A stretch of 64,000 nt of DNA from Oleispira sp. (GCA_051275515.1 JBNMOT010000004.1:1589-65588); one strand, 5' to 3'; positions 55,024 to 64,000 are shown, numbered from the stretch's first letter. The notes: generated from the sequence alone by a model not told the origin. Translations and numbers: made by a program.

Positions 55024-56073
55024 ATGAACAACCTCATTGATATCACCACCGCACGTCAAACGGCTGTCACACTCGCCTATTTAGCTTACGCAGGCGAGAC
55101 ACTAGAAAAACCACTGCCCGGCGACCAGTCTATCGATGAATCCATCGCCAAGATGATCAACTACACAATCCCTAAATTAAGCGTATTGCAAGACGCCCAA
55201 CAACAAGCGAATTGGCGTATTGTCTGGGGGCCGGTGAGCTATACCTTTGAACTCACCCAGCTACAAGACAATATGATGTATGTGGCGCAGTCTATTTCCA
55301 AACCATCCGAATATGTAGTGGCCATTCGCGGCACTAATGGCACAGCCATTTGGGATTGGATAGAAGAAGACTTTAGAGTATTAGAAAAAGAAAAGTGGAA
55401 ACTGCCCGCTGGAAAAAAAGCCCAGGGCACGCCGAAAATATCTAAAGCGACCGACATCGGCCTAGATGCCTTGTTAAACAAAATGATACCCGCCTCCGGC
55501 ATGCCAGGAGCCGGACTATCACTAGGTGATTTTTTATCCTCGATCACCGACAAGGCCGTAGAAATAACCTTCACAGGGCACAGCCTTGCAGGCGCAATAT
55601 CTGAGGCCGCAGGGTTATGGTTTAGACAAACACAATCGCTCCCCGATCACTGGGACCCGCAAGGCAACGCCAACGTTAAGGTAGTTTCATTTGCAGGAGC
55701 TACGACAGGTGATAGCGACTTCACTTATTACTTTAACCAAGAATTAGGTGAGAATTGCCAGCGCATACATAATACTCATGATGTTGTACCCCACGGCTGG
55801 GAAAAAGAGACACTGAAGCAGCTACCTGAACTGTACAGCAGTATCGGCATAAAGATGGATTTCAAGCAAAAAATAGTACTCGACATCGTCATCGCACTCG
55901 TGAGCGATTATCGACAAGTACAAACACCCAGCGCCTTTACGTGGCCCCTAGACCCCAAGCAAAAGAGCTACATAGATCAAGCGGGCGTACAGCACCGTGA
56001 CTCGTACATTTCTGCGCTGAAAGTTGAGAATCCCAGTAAAGTGTTTCATAAATACCCTGGTAATAATTCATAA
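55024..56073 (+). CDS. class-3 lipase (paralog of 50974-51996)
   Basis: VVAIRGT, TGHSLAG, FAGATTGD, DVVP, QH. Confidence 0.9.
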   Translation: MNNLIDITTARQTAVTLAYLAYAGETLEKPLPGDQSIDESIAKMINYTIPKLSVLQDAQQQANWRIVWGPVSYTFELTQLQDNMMYVAQSISKPSEYVVAIRGTNGTAIWDWIEEDFRVLEKEKWKLPAGKKAQGTPKISKATDIGLDALLNKMIPASGMPGAGLSLGDFLSSITDKAVEITFTGHSLAGAISEAAGLWFRQTQSLPDHWDPQGNANVKVVSFAGATTGDSDFTYYFNQELGENCQRIHNTHDVVPHGWEKETLKQLPELYSSIGIKMDFKQKIVLDIVIALVSDYRQVQTPSAFTWPLDPKQKSYIDQAGVQHRDSYISALKVENPSKVFHKYPGNNS

Positions 56074-56337
56074 GGGTTTTTGCATTAAGCGACCGATAGA
56101 TAGAAGGCAGCAATGCCTTTTCTATTACCGAAGAATCACACAAGCGATCGGCAAAACGCTATACCGTATGTCCTTTAGGTTTAAAACATAAAAAGTAATT
56201 CCCCTTATGTAACTCACGATGATCCTGTTGATTTATAAGAGAAAGATACAAGCCACTCACTAGTGTTTAAATACTGTATTAATTTTAGTTTACAAGAGAG
56301 TTAAATCAATAAAACGCCGAAGCCACAGCACGGCATG

Positions 56338-56430
56338 ACTCGATGACGCTTTAGACACATTTGCAGGTCCAAACATGGGCCACGTGTCTGACGGATTAAT
56401 CGGCGATGCTTCCATCTTAACTACAATCTC
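56338..56430 (-). pseudogene. internal fragment of the MDR oxidoreductase gene
   Basis: Matches about 45240-45332 (EASPINPSD.WPMFGPAN). Confidence 0.85.
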
Positions 56431-56582
56431 TTCCAATCAAAGGGTCCGCGGCCAACAACTGTCGCCTCCGGCCATAGTGCTACTTAACGATTTTACTTAA
56501 CGATTTAGTTAAAATGCAGTACGTTAACCATTAGTTTATTATTTAACCTAGATTACAATAAGAATAAGACGAGAATCATCCT

Positions 56583-57161
56583 ATGCTGATAGCTGGAATC
56601 ACCGAGTTTTTAATCATTGGCAGCATATTGTATGCGCTCGCCACATTACCCAGTCAACATGGCCATATAAGCACGCTTTATCGAGTCGCTTTATTAGTCA
56701 CGTTAACAGCGGCTTCTTTAGGTGCTGTTAAATTTTTAACCTCAATACAAATCAGTGACTACCACCAATTCTTCACCTATATATCAAAGCATGTGGCGTT
56801 AACGGCATTTATTATTACTGGAGCCTGGGGTGTATTCAAAAGCAAACAATCGAAAATCATTGCTGCTGGAATAGTCGCGGCATCCCTTATCTCTTTTATA
56901 GTTAATTTTTCAACGGACCTACCACTACTAAGCATAATTATTATGTTACTTGCACTGGTGTTTACCGCCTTTAACATGAGATCAAACCCTGCCAGCCTAA
57001 GGTATTTAATCATTGCTATCTTAGTCTTACTGAGTACCTTGCTATGGGGAGCCATCATTAAAGACAGAGATACTATGATAGGTGTTTATCATGCTTGTGT
57101 TGGACTTTTCTACGTTTTAATAACGCTTAGCTTTAAAGGTATTGAGGGAAATCAATCATGA
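56583..57161 (+). CDS. uncharacterised multi-pass membrane protein
   Basis: 6-7 hydrophobic segments; ATGA overlap with the next gene. Confidence 0.75.
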   Translation: MLIAGITEFLIIGSILYALATLPSQHGHISTLYRVALLVTLTAASLGAVKFLTSIQISDYHQFFTYISKHVALTAFIITGAWGVFKSKQSKIIAAGIVAASLISFIVNFSTDLPLLSIIIMLLALVFTAFNMRSNPASLRYLIIAILVLLSTLLWGAIIKDRDTMIGVYHACVGLFYVLITLSFKGIEGNQS

Positions 57162-58378
57162 ATTTTATATTAATGGCCATCCCTGGGTTTTTTATCCTAA
57201 TAGCGATAGAACTTATATTTAATTACGTAAAAAAAACCGACTATTACCAGCTTAATGATGCGATTAATTCGTTATCCATCGGTATATTAAGTCGTGTGAC
57301 AGGTGCCTTATATGCTTTAATTCCATTATCACTTTACGCTTATACCTATGAAAGCTTTGCCCTTTTTACCTGGGAAGATAATGCGGTTACTTGGATTTTA
57401 GCCTTCGTAATATATGATTTATGTTATTACTGGAACCATAGATTTGGCCATACCATAAACATTGGTTGGGCAAGTCATGTGATTCATCACTCCAGTGAAG
57501 AGTACAACCTCACCACAGCTCTTCGCCAAACCAGCATTCCTAACCCAATTGGCAAACTGTGTTTTGTACCCATGTTATTTTTAGGGTTTCCACCCTGGTT
57601 ATTGGTTGCCGTTGGCTCATTGAACTTGATTTATCAATACTGGGTACATACTCAAGCCATTAATCGCATGCCTGAATGGTTTGAAGCCCTGTGTGTCACA
57701 CCGAGTAATCACCGAGTTCACCACGCTAAAAATAAAATTTACATAGATAAAAACTATGGCGGTGTGTTTATACTCTGGGATCGCCTATTCAAAACATTCC
57801 AGCCTGAATTAACACAAGAAAAGGTAGTGTTTGGCATCAGCACACAGCTGGCTAGCTGGAATCCAGTTTGGGGCAATGTAAAAGTGCTTACTGGCTTATT
57901 CAATGATGCTTGGCGGACAGAAAGCTGGTTTGATAAGTTTACCTTATGGTTTCGTAAAACCGGGTATCGACCTGCCGATGTAGAAGCGAAATATCCTATT
58001 ATTAAAAGCAACCTAGCCGGTAATAAGTTTGATACTCAACTAAGCTACGAAAAAAAGTGGTATGTGTTTTTACAATATTTATTTGTAGCCACAGGCATTC
58101 TAACTTTTATGGTATTGCTTAAAGATATGACGAACATGGAAATTTTAGCCACAAGCGCAGCCCTTGCATTTTCATTATTCAGCATGGGTAAGGTTCAAGA
58201 AAACAGCCAATACAGTCTGATTTTTGAAGGCATTAAATTCATAAGTTGTAGCGCCGTTAGTCTCTGGATTTTTAGCCACAACCCTGTTATCGGTATAGCA
58301 GTGGCTTGTTTGTCTTTGATTTACTTTATTGCACTGATCATGATTCAGAAAAACAATACAAAGGCTGCTACTGCTTAA
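57158..58378 (+). CDS. sterol-desaturase / fatty-acid-hydroxylase family protein, alkylglycerol-monooxygenase-like
   Basis: His boxes HRFGH, HVIHHSSEEYNLTTALRQ, HRVHH, NYGGVFILWDRLF; extra C-terminal TMs. Confidence 0.87.
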   Translation: MNFILMAIPGFFILIAIELIFNYVKKTDYYQLNDAINSLSIGILSRVTGALYALIPLSLYAYTYESFALFTWEDNAVTWILAFVIYDLCYYWNHRFGHTINIGWASHVIHHSSEEYNLTTALRQTSIPNPIGKLCFVPMLFLGFPPWLLVAVGSLNLIYQYWVHTQAINRMPEWFEALCVTPSNHRVHHAKNKIYIDKNYGGVFILWDRLFKTFQPELTQEKVVFGISTQLASWNPVWGNVKVLTGLFNDAWRTESWFDKFTLWFRKTGYRPADVEAKYPIIKSNLAGNKFDTQLSYEKKWYVFLQYLFVATGILTFMVLLKDMTNMEILATSAALAFSLFSMGKVQENSQYSLIFEGIKFISCSAVSLWIFSHNPVIGIAVACLSLIYFIALIMIQKNNTKAATA

Positions 58379-58445
58379 TTTTAGAACGGCTCGTTGGAGC
58401 TTGCTTGCAAGCGAATTGGCAAAGAACCAGCCAAGAATTCAGCTG

Positions 58446-58572
58446 GTTTTTTAGAATGCTAAAAACACATCTACATATCATCAGAATTATTGAGTAGCCA
58501 CTGCAGACGGCGCAGTCAGTAAAGGTTTCTAAGATCAAGTACTCTTACGATCAAGTACTCTGACCCCTTGAT
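58446..58572. repeat. partial copy of the short inverted-end element
   Basis: Near-identical to about 61429-61538, ending in ATCAAGTACTCTGACCCCTTGAT. Confidence 0.88.
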
Positions 58573-58574
58573 CC

Positions 58575-58990
58575 GGTAATGTCTGATCTAAGCGAGGCTT
58601 AATACGAGACAACATGCCTGGATAAAGTGGCGCGGTTAATACCGACGTATCATCACTCAATAACGCTTTAGACAAATTAGCAGGACCAAACATAGGCCAC
58701 ATGTCTGACGGGTTAATCGGCGATGCTTCCATCTTCACCACAATCCCGTGGGCTTTAGGCTTTGGAACATCGACTTAAACTAAGCTGAGTGTTAGCTGAC
58801 CGTCGGATGAGATGTGGGTAAACAACTACTTTGATGTGTTCATGTTTGCAGTGTTACTTTTTTATTGGCCTGTCAGGTTGCGCTTCGAGTACTTGGGTGT
58901 CGTATGGCTGCGCGAGAATTATTTTTAAGAATAGGCTAAAAAATTAGCATAAGAATGGGGAGCTTGCGAGTTAATAGAGGTGTTGTGGGA
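58575..58990 (-). pseudogene. 5' remnant and upstream region of the MDR oxidoreductase gene
   Basis: Colinear with 45160-45559; in-frame stops near the start. Confidence 0.88.
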
Positions 58991-59200
58991 TTTGTACTAA
59001 GAATCTTTCTGAACTGACTGTTACTCTAAAGTGGAATGACATGTATTACCTACCTTATGATTAAGGTAGGTGTCTACTTAAATGGGAGGCTTTGAACAAA
59101 ATTAGACTATTGCTTAGCGTCGTTTAGCAGTTTGTTTAAAATCGGAAACTAGCTCACTAATACTTTATAAATTTAAAATAATGCCAATGTTTTACTTCAA

Positions 59201-61330
59201 TTATATTTTATTTTCACTCTCAATTTCGTCTTCTTCAAAAAAAGCCATTTCTCGCTGACTATCCGATATATTGGAACCAGTTAAGTTTGCTTTAGTCAGA
59301 TTGGTATCTGTTAGTTGAGCTCCTATAAAGTTCGCATCGGTAAGGTCCGCCCCTCGAAAGTTAGCTTCTGTAAGGTCAGCCTGTTCAATATTCACCTTCC
59401 TTAGAACTGAATTTTTTAAATTAGTATTATTAAGATTAGCCATGCTTAGATTTGCACCAGAAAGTGATGACAGAAAGAGTTTTGAATCCGTGAAATTTGC
59501 TTTTGTTAAATCAGCCCCATCTAAATTTGCCTGACTTAAATCAGCCCCTTGTAACATTGTATTTCTCAAGCTGGTTACATTCTGATTTATTTCTAATTGG
59601 AGAGAGTGTGTTAGTTGCGCCTTAATTAATTTAGCATTACTTAAATTAGCACTGTCGAGAATTGCCCCATTGAAGCAAGTTTCTTGCAATTTTGCTTCTT
59701 GCAAGTTTGCTTCTTGCAGGTTTGCCCCTTGCAAGTTTGCTTTCTGCAGGTTTGCCCCTTGCAAATTTGCTTTCTGCAGGTTTGCCCCTTGCAAATTTAC
59801 TTTTTGCAGGTTTGCCCCTTGAAGGTTTGCCCCTTGAAGATTTGCCCCTTGTAAGTTTGCCCCTTGCAAATTTGCTCTTTCCAAGTTTACTTTATTTAGT
59901 GAGGCCTTCTTTAAGTCACTATAGTCCAAAGATGCATTTTTTAAATTAACATTGGCTAATTGATGACTATCAAGAAGTTTAAACTCTGTTAATAAGCATC
60001 CTTTTTCCTCATTAAAAAAAAGACCTATTTTTGATTGATTAACTGTTTTAATAAAAGTCAGCATATTATCCGTCTTATTAAAAGGATCATTTTTATCATT
60101 AATTATACCAAGCTCAACTCCATAAACTATTATAAATTCCCTAATACTTAAATGAGAAAAACGGAATTCTCCAAATGAATTACGGTTAAGTAGTGAACTT
60201 GTCCCAATATCAATATGATCGATTCCTTCGATAACTCGATCTGCAGAATCTTTTAATAAGATAGTACTATATTCACGATGACATAATTGTTTGATGTGCT
60301 TTAGAGCCACTGTATGAGTACTTTGTCGCTGCATAGTTTCTGCTAGCCACACACAAGCTGTAAGCAAATCCTCTTTTTTTACATCTTTATCATGATATTT
60401 CCTTAACTTTATCACTTCACGATTTAACCAAGTTTCCACCAAGCCTTTATATAATTCGTACTCTGTTGCTCCTTGTCGGTGGCTTTCTAATAAAGTTTCA
60501 ACATGAGATAATATAAATGGACGAAACTGAAGTGAACTTATATTCTTTACTGCTTGCTTTGCATCATATTTTTTTGGATCGTAAAATCTATTAAAAATAA
60601 ATTTTAACCTTCTTGGATAGCGCTTTTCCAGATAAGAATCGACCTGATCATTAGTAAATAAAGAAAGATATATTAATGGGCAGTCATAATTATTAAATGA
60701 TATTTTACCCATAGTATTGAAAGCAGATTCCGCAGTTTCAGGAAAAAACTGTGTACGGCATGTAATTATTACTCTATAAAAGCTAGTAGTTTCCTCTAGT
60801 ATTTTAGTCAAACGCATAATAGTGCCGCCCTGCTTACACTGATTATCCTCATCCAAAGAGTCAAGTAAGAGAATGGTGTTAGCTTTATCTTCTATTTTAT
60901 CAATATTACTTAACGTCGTAGGTCCTAATTTTAGCAACTGACACTGATACTTTTTAGGCCAGAAAGCCATTAAATGACTGAGTTTAAGCATCATCATCAA
61001 CGAAGTTTTTCCCATGCCCGCATCGGCAAGAATAAACATTTGACTAGCACCATCTCTGGTGTGAATATCTCGATGAAAAAACTTATTTATAGTTTCAAAA
61101 ACTCCAGCTCTTATCGATGAAATTGTTTCATCTTCAAGTTCATCAGCTGGATTAACTTGCTGACAATCAGGTTGAATATAAAATTTAGCAAGCTCTCCAC
61201 AATCACCAAATACATCATTAATTCTAACCAATTCCTGGCTTCGATTATCAGCATTATTCTTTAGAATCTTCGTTAATAATCTTAATAGCTTAGAAGCCAC
61301 TTTTGTAGAAATAAAACTAGTTGCTTCCAT
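59201..61330 (-). CDS. NACHT/STAND NTPase with C-terminal pentapeptide repeats
   Basis: ILADAGMGKT Walker A, LLLDSLDE Walker B, IITCR sensor, FRFSHLSIREF, long ANLQG repeat tract; low GC. Confidence 0.88.
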   Translation of the reverse strand: MEATSFISTKVASKLLRLLTKILKNNADNRSQELVRINDVFGDCGELAKFYIQPDCQQVNPADELEDETISSIRAGVFETINKFFHRDIHTRDGASQMFILADAGMGKTSLMMMLKLSHLMAFWPKKYQCQLLKLGPTTLSNIDKIEDKANTILLLDSLDEDNQCKQGGTIMRLTKILEETTSFYRVIITCRTQFFPETAESAFNTMGKISFNNYDCPLIYLSLFTNDQVDSYLEKRYPRRLKFIFNRFYDPKKYDAKQAVKNISSLQFRPFILSHVETLLESHRQGATEYELYKGLVETWLNREVIKLRKYHDKDVKKEDLLTACVWLAETMQRQSTHTVALKHIKQLCHREYSTILLKDSADRVIEGIDHIDIGTSSLLNRNSFGEFRFSHLSIREFIIVYGVELGIINDKNDPFNKTDNMLTFIKTVNQSKIGLFFNEEKGCLLTEFKLLDSHQLANVNLKNASLDYSDLKKASLNKVNLERANLQGANLQGANLQGANLQGANLQKVNLQGANLQKANLQGANLQKANLQGANLQEANLQEAKLQETCFNGAILDSANLSNAKLIKAQLTHSLQLEINQNVTSLRNTMLQGADLSQANLDGADLTKANFTDSKLFLSSLSGANLSMANLNNTNLKNSVLRKVNIEQADLTEANFRGADLTDANFIGAQLTDTNLTKANLTGSNISDSQREMAFFEEDEIESENKI

Positions 61331-61378
61331 AAACCACCAAAATTTAATAAATAATTTTAGATTTTAATAAGTTACAAT

Positions 61379-61580
61379 TAAAGAGTCAGAGTACTTGATT
61401 GAAATAATTTTGGAATAAGTTCAGGTGATTTTTTAGAATGCTAAAAACACATCTACATATCAACAGAATTATTGAGTAGCCACTGCAGTCGGCGCAGTCA
61501 GAAATAGTTTCTAAGATCAAGTACTCTGACCCCTTGATCGGAAGTACTCTGACCCCTTGATCGTTGACCCCTTGATCGTT
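61379..61580. mobile_element. MITE-like element with ~20-bp inverted ends and reiterated right end
   Basis: Left end AAGAGTCAGAGTACTTGAT; right end ATCAAGTACTCTGACCCCTT at 61516; two further partial right-end copies up to 61580. Confidence 0.6.
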
Positions 61581-61582
61581 TG

Positions 61583-63655
61583 TTAGTTCTGCTGCCATTC
61601 CTTAACTACTTCATCCCAATCAGCATTTCTCTCAACTACCTTTCCATCTTCATCTTTTCTTGTCCAAACATCCCAGAAGTCAGGATCGTCTGAATGTGGT
61701 TGTTGCGCTTTTGTTAAACTCTTCATTTTAACCAGAACCGGAAGCTCAGATGCCCAACCCATAAGTATTGCATGTTGGGATGGTAGAGATGGCAATTCAC
61801 GGAGTAGTCCGCGTAAATTATCTGGCACCATTTTATGCACTTGCTCTTGATCTCTGTCATTACTAATTCGATGCAGAAGGAAGGTATTGCATTGAGATAA
61901 AACTGTAGGTGACAACTCTGATGGGCGTTGAGATGAAATCACCATGCCAAGACCAAACTTTCGTCCTTCTCTCGCTATTTTTTCAAATACTTGACAACAA
62001 ACAGCTGCTACATCCTGATTTTCAGATTCATCACGATATCGTTTAATGAACGTATGCGCCTCTTCAGCTACAAGTACAGTTGGTAGGGTTTTATTATTTA
62101 GCCGTCTATACCGTTGCAATGATTCAAAGATGATTCTTGAAATAACAGCAGTTACAAGGTGAGTGATTTCATTTGGTACTAGAGAAAGATCTATAATTGA
62201 AACACAACTATGATCTTCACCTGCTCCATCATTACCTATATAATTTTCTAACCACTCAGCTAAATCGACTCTCTGTTCTGAATCATTGGTGATAGGCTTC
62301 ATTCTTGTATCAGAGAGCATGGTGCGTATTCGAGCAACTAAATACTCTACATACTGTTCACTACCGTTTTCCTGAGCTAAAGCTTCTAAATAGGCTACTA
62401 AATTCTCGCCCTCAAAAGGTACTGGTATATCTTCACTTTTAGGAAGAAGCTCATCTTCATTGCCCCCAAAGCTAAGAAATGAGCTTACTATTCCATTAAT
62501 AAGGGTATCAATTTCCGCGACTGTCGCATTGTAATCAGGATATGGCCCGCTTCTTTGAGTACAATAACTTTGAGTATAAATAATTAGTTGGTCTAAATCT
62601 GGATGCGTTGTAGTTAAATTTACCTGATACTCTTCAAGGCTTTTATGCCAAGAATCTATTTTGGCCAAAAGATTTTTTGCACCGGGAAAGCTATTAAGTG
62701 CGGCGGCGCCTTTAGACTTATCCGCTCTTAAAGAAACAAGAATCGTACCGAGATACTTTTTAACCTCTAAATCCAAATTCGTATGTAATTCAAATTTTTC
62801 ATTTCTCATAGCCCTCAACGAACGCTTTAATAATGGCAACTGCGCCTTCGGGCTTGCTTGTGTAAATGAAGCCCATTCAGCACTGTTCCAAAACCACGAA
62901 GGTACTTGTAGTTGGTTTTCACCTTGCCCTGCTTCAACTTTAAATACACGGCCTTTAAACTTTGTAGTAGGGCCTAAAGCGCGGGTATATTCTCCATTAG
63001 GATCAAGCACAATAAATCTGGCATTTGGTCTAGTTTCTGCTTCCATTGCCGCTTCTAACGACCATTGAATAAGCCCTGCCACTGAACAGGATTTGCCACT
63101 ACCAGTATTGCCAAGTACTGCAATATGTCTACCAAATAATCGATCTGGATCTATTGCCACATTGGCGTTATTTGCAAGCGGACTTTGACCGATGATAACT
63201 CTACGATTATTACCAGATTCAACAATAGATCTAAGCTGTAAATCTGTTGGTAGCAAAATAGCAGAACCAATTGAAGGAAATGATTCTGAACCTCGTTGAA
63301 ACCTAAAAGAATCAACACCTTTTTTTGAAACTCGCTTGAGAGTTCCGACTGGATTTAAACTGATTTTTTTCTGTGGAAAAGGTAAATTAACTAAACCAAA
63401 ATCCTGGATATCCCTTTGTTTGGGGTAAGGTGAACGCTCAACGGCAAGCCACTCAATTTGTCCAACCAAATAACCATTATCACAAGAGACTAAAACATAA
63501 CTGTTTACTCTAGGGAAGTTTCTTGGCGTTCCTGCATTTAGGGCTACAGAATCAGGCGAATCGATATCAAGAACGGCTCTAATTTCATTTGGTGAAACAA
63601 AATCTACTGTACCTACTCTTAATTGTTCTCCCTGCTCAATGGGTAATGAACTCAT
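61583..63655 (-). CDS. HerA/FtsK-like ATPase (DUF87), partner of SIR2
   Basis: N-terminal HAS-barrel-like region, RHIAVLGNTGSGKS, EEAH, REGRKFG, SQRPSEL. Confidence 0.92.
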   Translation of the reverse strand: MSSLPIEQGEQLRVGTVDFVSPNEIRAVLDIDSPDSVALNAGTPRNFPRVNSYVLVSCDNGYLVGQIEWLAVERSPYPKQRDIQDFGLVNLPFPQKKISLNPVGTLKRVSKKGVDSFRFQRGSESFPSIGSAILLPTDLQLRSIVESGNNRRVIIGQSPLANNANVAIDPDRLFGRHIAVLGNTGSGKSCSVAGLIQWSLEAAMEAETRPNARFIVLDPNGEYTRALGPTTKFKGRVFKVEAGQGENQLQVPSWFWNSAEWASFTQASPKAQLPLLKRSLRAMRNEKFELHTNLDLEVKKYLGTILVSLRADKSKGAAALNSFPGAKNLLAKIDSWHKSLEEYQVNLTTTHPDLDQLIIYTQSYCTQRSGPYPDYNATVAEIDTLINGIVSSFLSFGGNEDELLPKSEDIPVPFEGENLVAYLEALAQENGSEQYVEYLVARIRTMLSDTRMKPITNDSEQRVDLAEWLENYIGNDGAGEDHSCVSIIDLSLVPNEITHLVTAVISRIIFESLQRYRRLNNKTLPTVLVAEEAHTFIKRYRDESENQDVAAVCCQVFEKIAREGRKFGLGMVISSQRPSELSPTVLSQCNTFLLHRISNDRDQEQVHKMVPDNLRGLLRELPSLPSQHAILMGWASELPVLVKMKSLTKAQQPHSDDPDFWDVWTRKDEDGKVVERNADWDEVVKEWQQN

Positions 63656-64000
63656 TCTTCACCGCCCATTTTGGTTTGAATTGCGGTTGGATATAAACCT
63701 CTTGATTTCAAAAGTTCAGACATACGAATAGAGCTACGATCTATTGCAGCCTTTGGAAGGTAGTAATCAACTAATGTTTTTAGATCACCAAAATGATCAC
63801 CAAGTAATAAAGATATTTGAGCCTGACGCCCGCTATCTTTTATAAAACTCATGATTCTTCCAAGTGGATCAGCATAGGCAATAATCACAATATGCGTTGA
63901 GGGTATTGTTAGCATATCTGTAAGCACTTGATTTATATGCTCATCACCAAAACTGTAGCCATAGGTTACAAGGGTGCTATTTGGACGGCATGTTGCTGAT
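63652..64000 (-). CDS. SIR2-like protein, C-terminal part (5' end outside the window)
   Basis: Frame open to the window edge: ...RPNSTLVTYGYSFGDEHINQVL...; ATGA overlap with the HerA gene. Confidence 0.85.
   Translation of the reverse strand, partial: SATCRPNSTLVTYGYSFGDEHINQVLTDMLTIPSTHIVIIAYADPLGRIMSFIKDSGRQAQISLLLGDHFGDLKTLVDYYLPKAAIDRSSIRMSELLKSRGLYPTAIQTKMGGEE

Noticed and set aside
59692-59949. Leu-rich repeat ORF on the + strand and DNA tandem repeat
   Set aside because: It is the antisense reading of the pentapeptide-repeat codons
61379-61538. Tn3-family 38-bp inverted repeats (GGGGTC start)
   Set aside because: Inverted match is only about 20 bp, extends outside the GGGG, and no Tn3 transposase, resolvase or 5-bp target duplication is evident
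1-64000. tRNA/rRNA genes, integron integrase, prophage genes
   Set aside because: None recognised by eye; a covariance-model scan would be needed to exclude small RNAs

Overview
Gammaproteobacterial chromosome segment. Gene order and content suggest a marine Oceanospirillales member such as Oleispira (inference). About 1-26 kb is mostly core genome: glmM-folP-ftsH-rlmE, yhbY, a FabH-type KAS III, corC-lnt, moaA, leuS-lptE-holA, ubiE-ubiJ-ubiB, hisI-hisE-HIT-tatABC. It also holds a non-coding DnaA-box/IHF-like cluster at 18.58-18.82 kb. About 26-38 kb is a run of accessory singletons. About 38-64 kb is a plasticity hotspot. It contains two partly colinear, reciprocally decayed copies of one locus, attC-like scars, IS3 and DUF222/HNH remnants, and a short element with GGGGTCAGAGTAC inverted ends. 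It ends in a NACHT-pentapeptide gene and a SIR2-HerA anti-phage pair. The best candidate for an undescribed system is a divergent lipoxygenase fused to a multi-pass membrane domain (52075-54696), flanked by two paralogous class-3 lipases, with a 9-bp microsatellite in the shared divergent promoter. All assignments come from reading motifs by eye; no searches were run.
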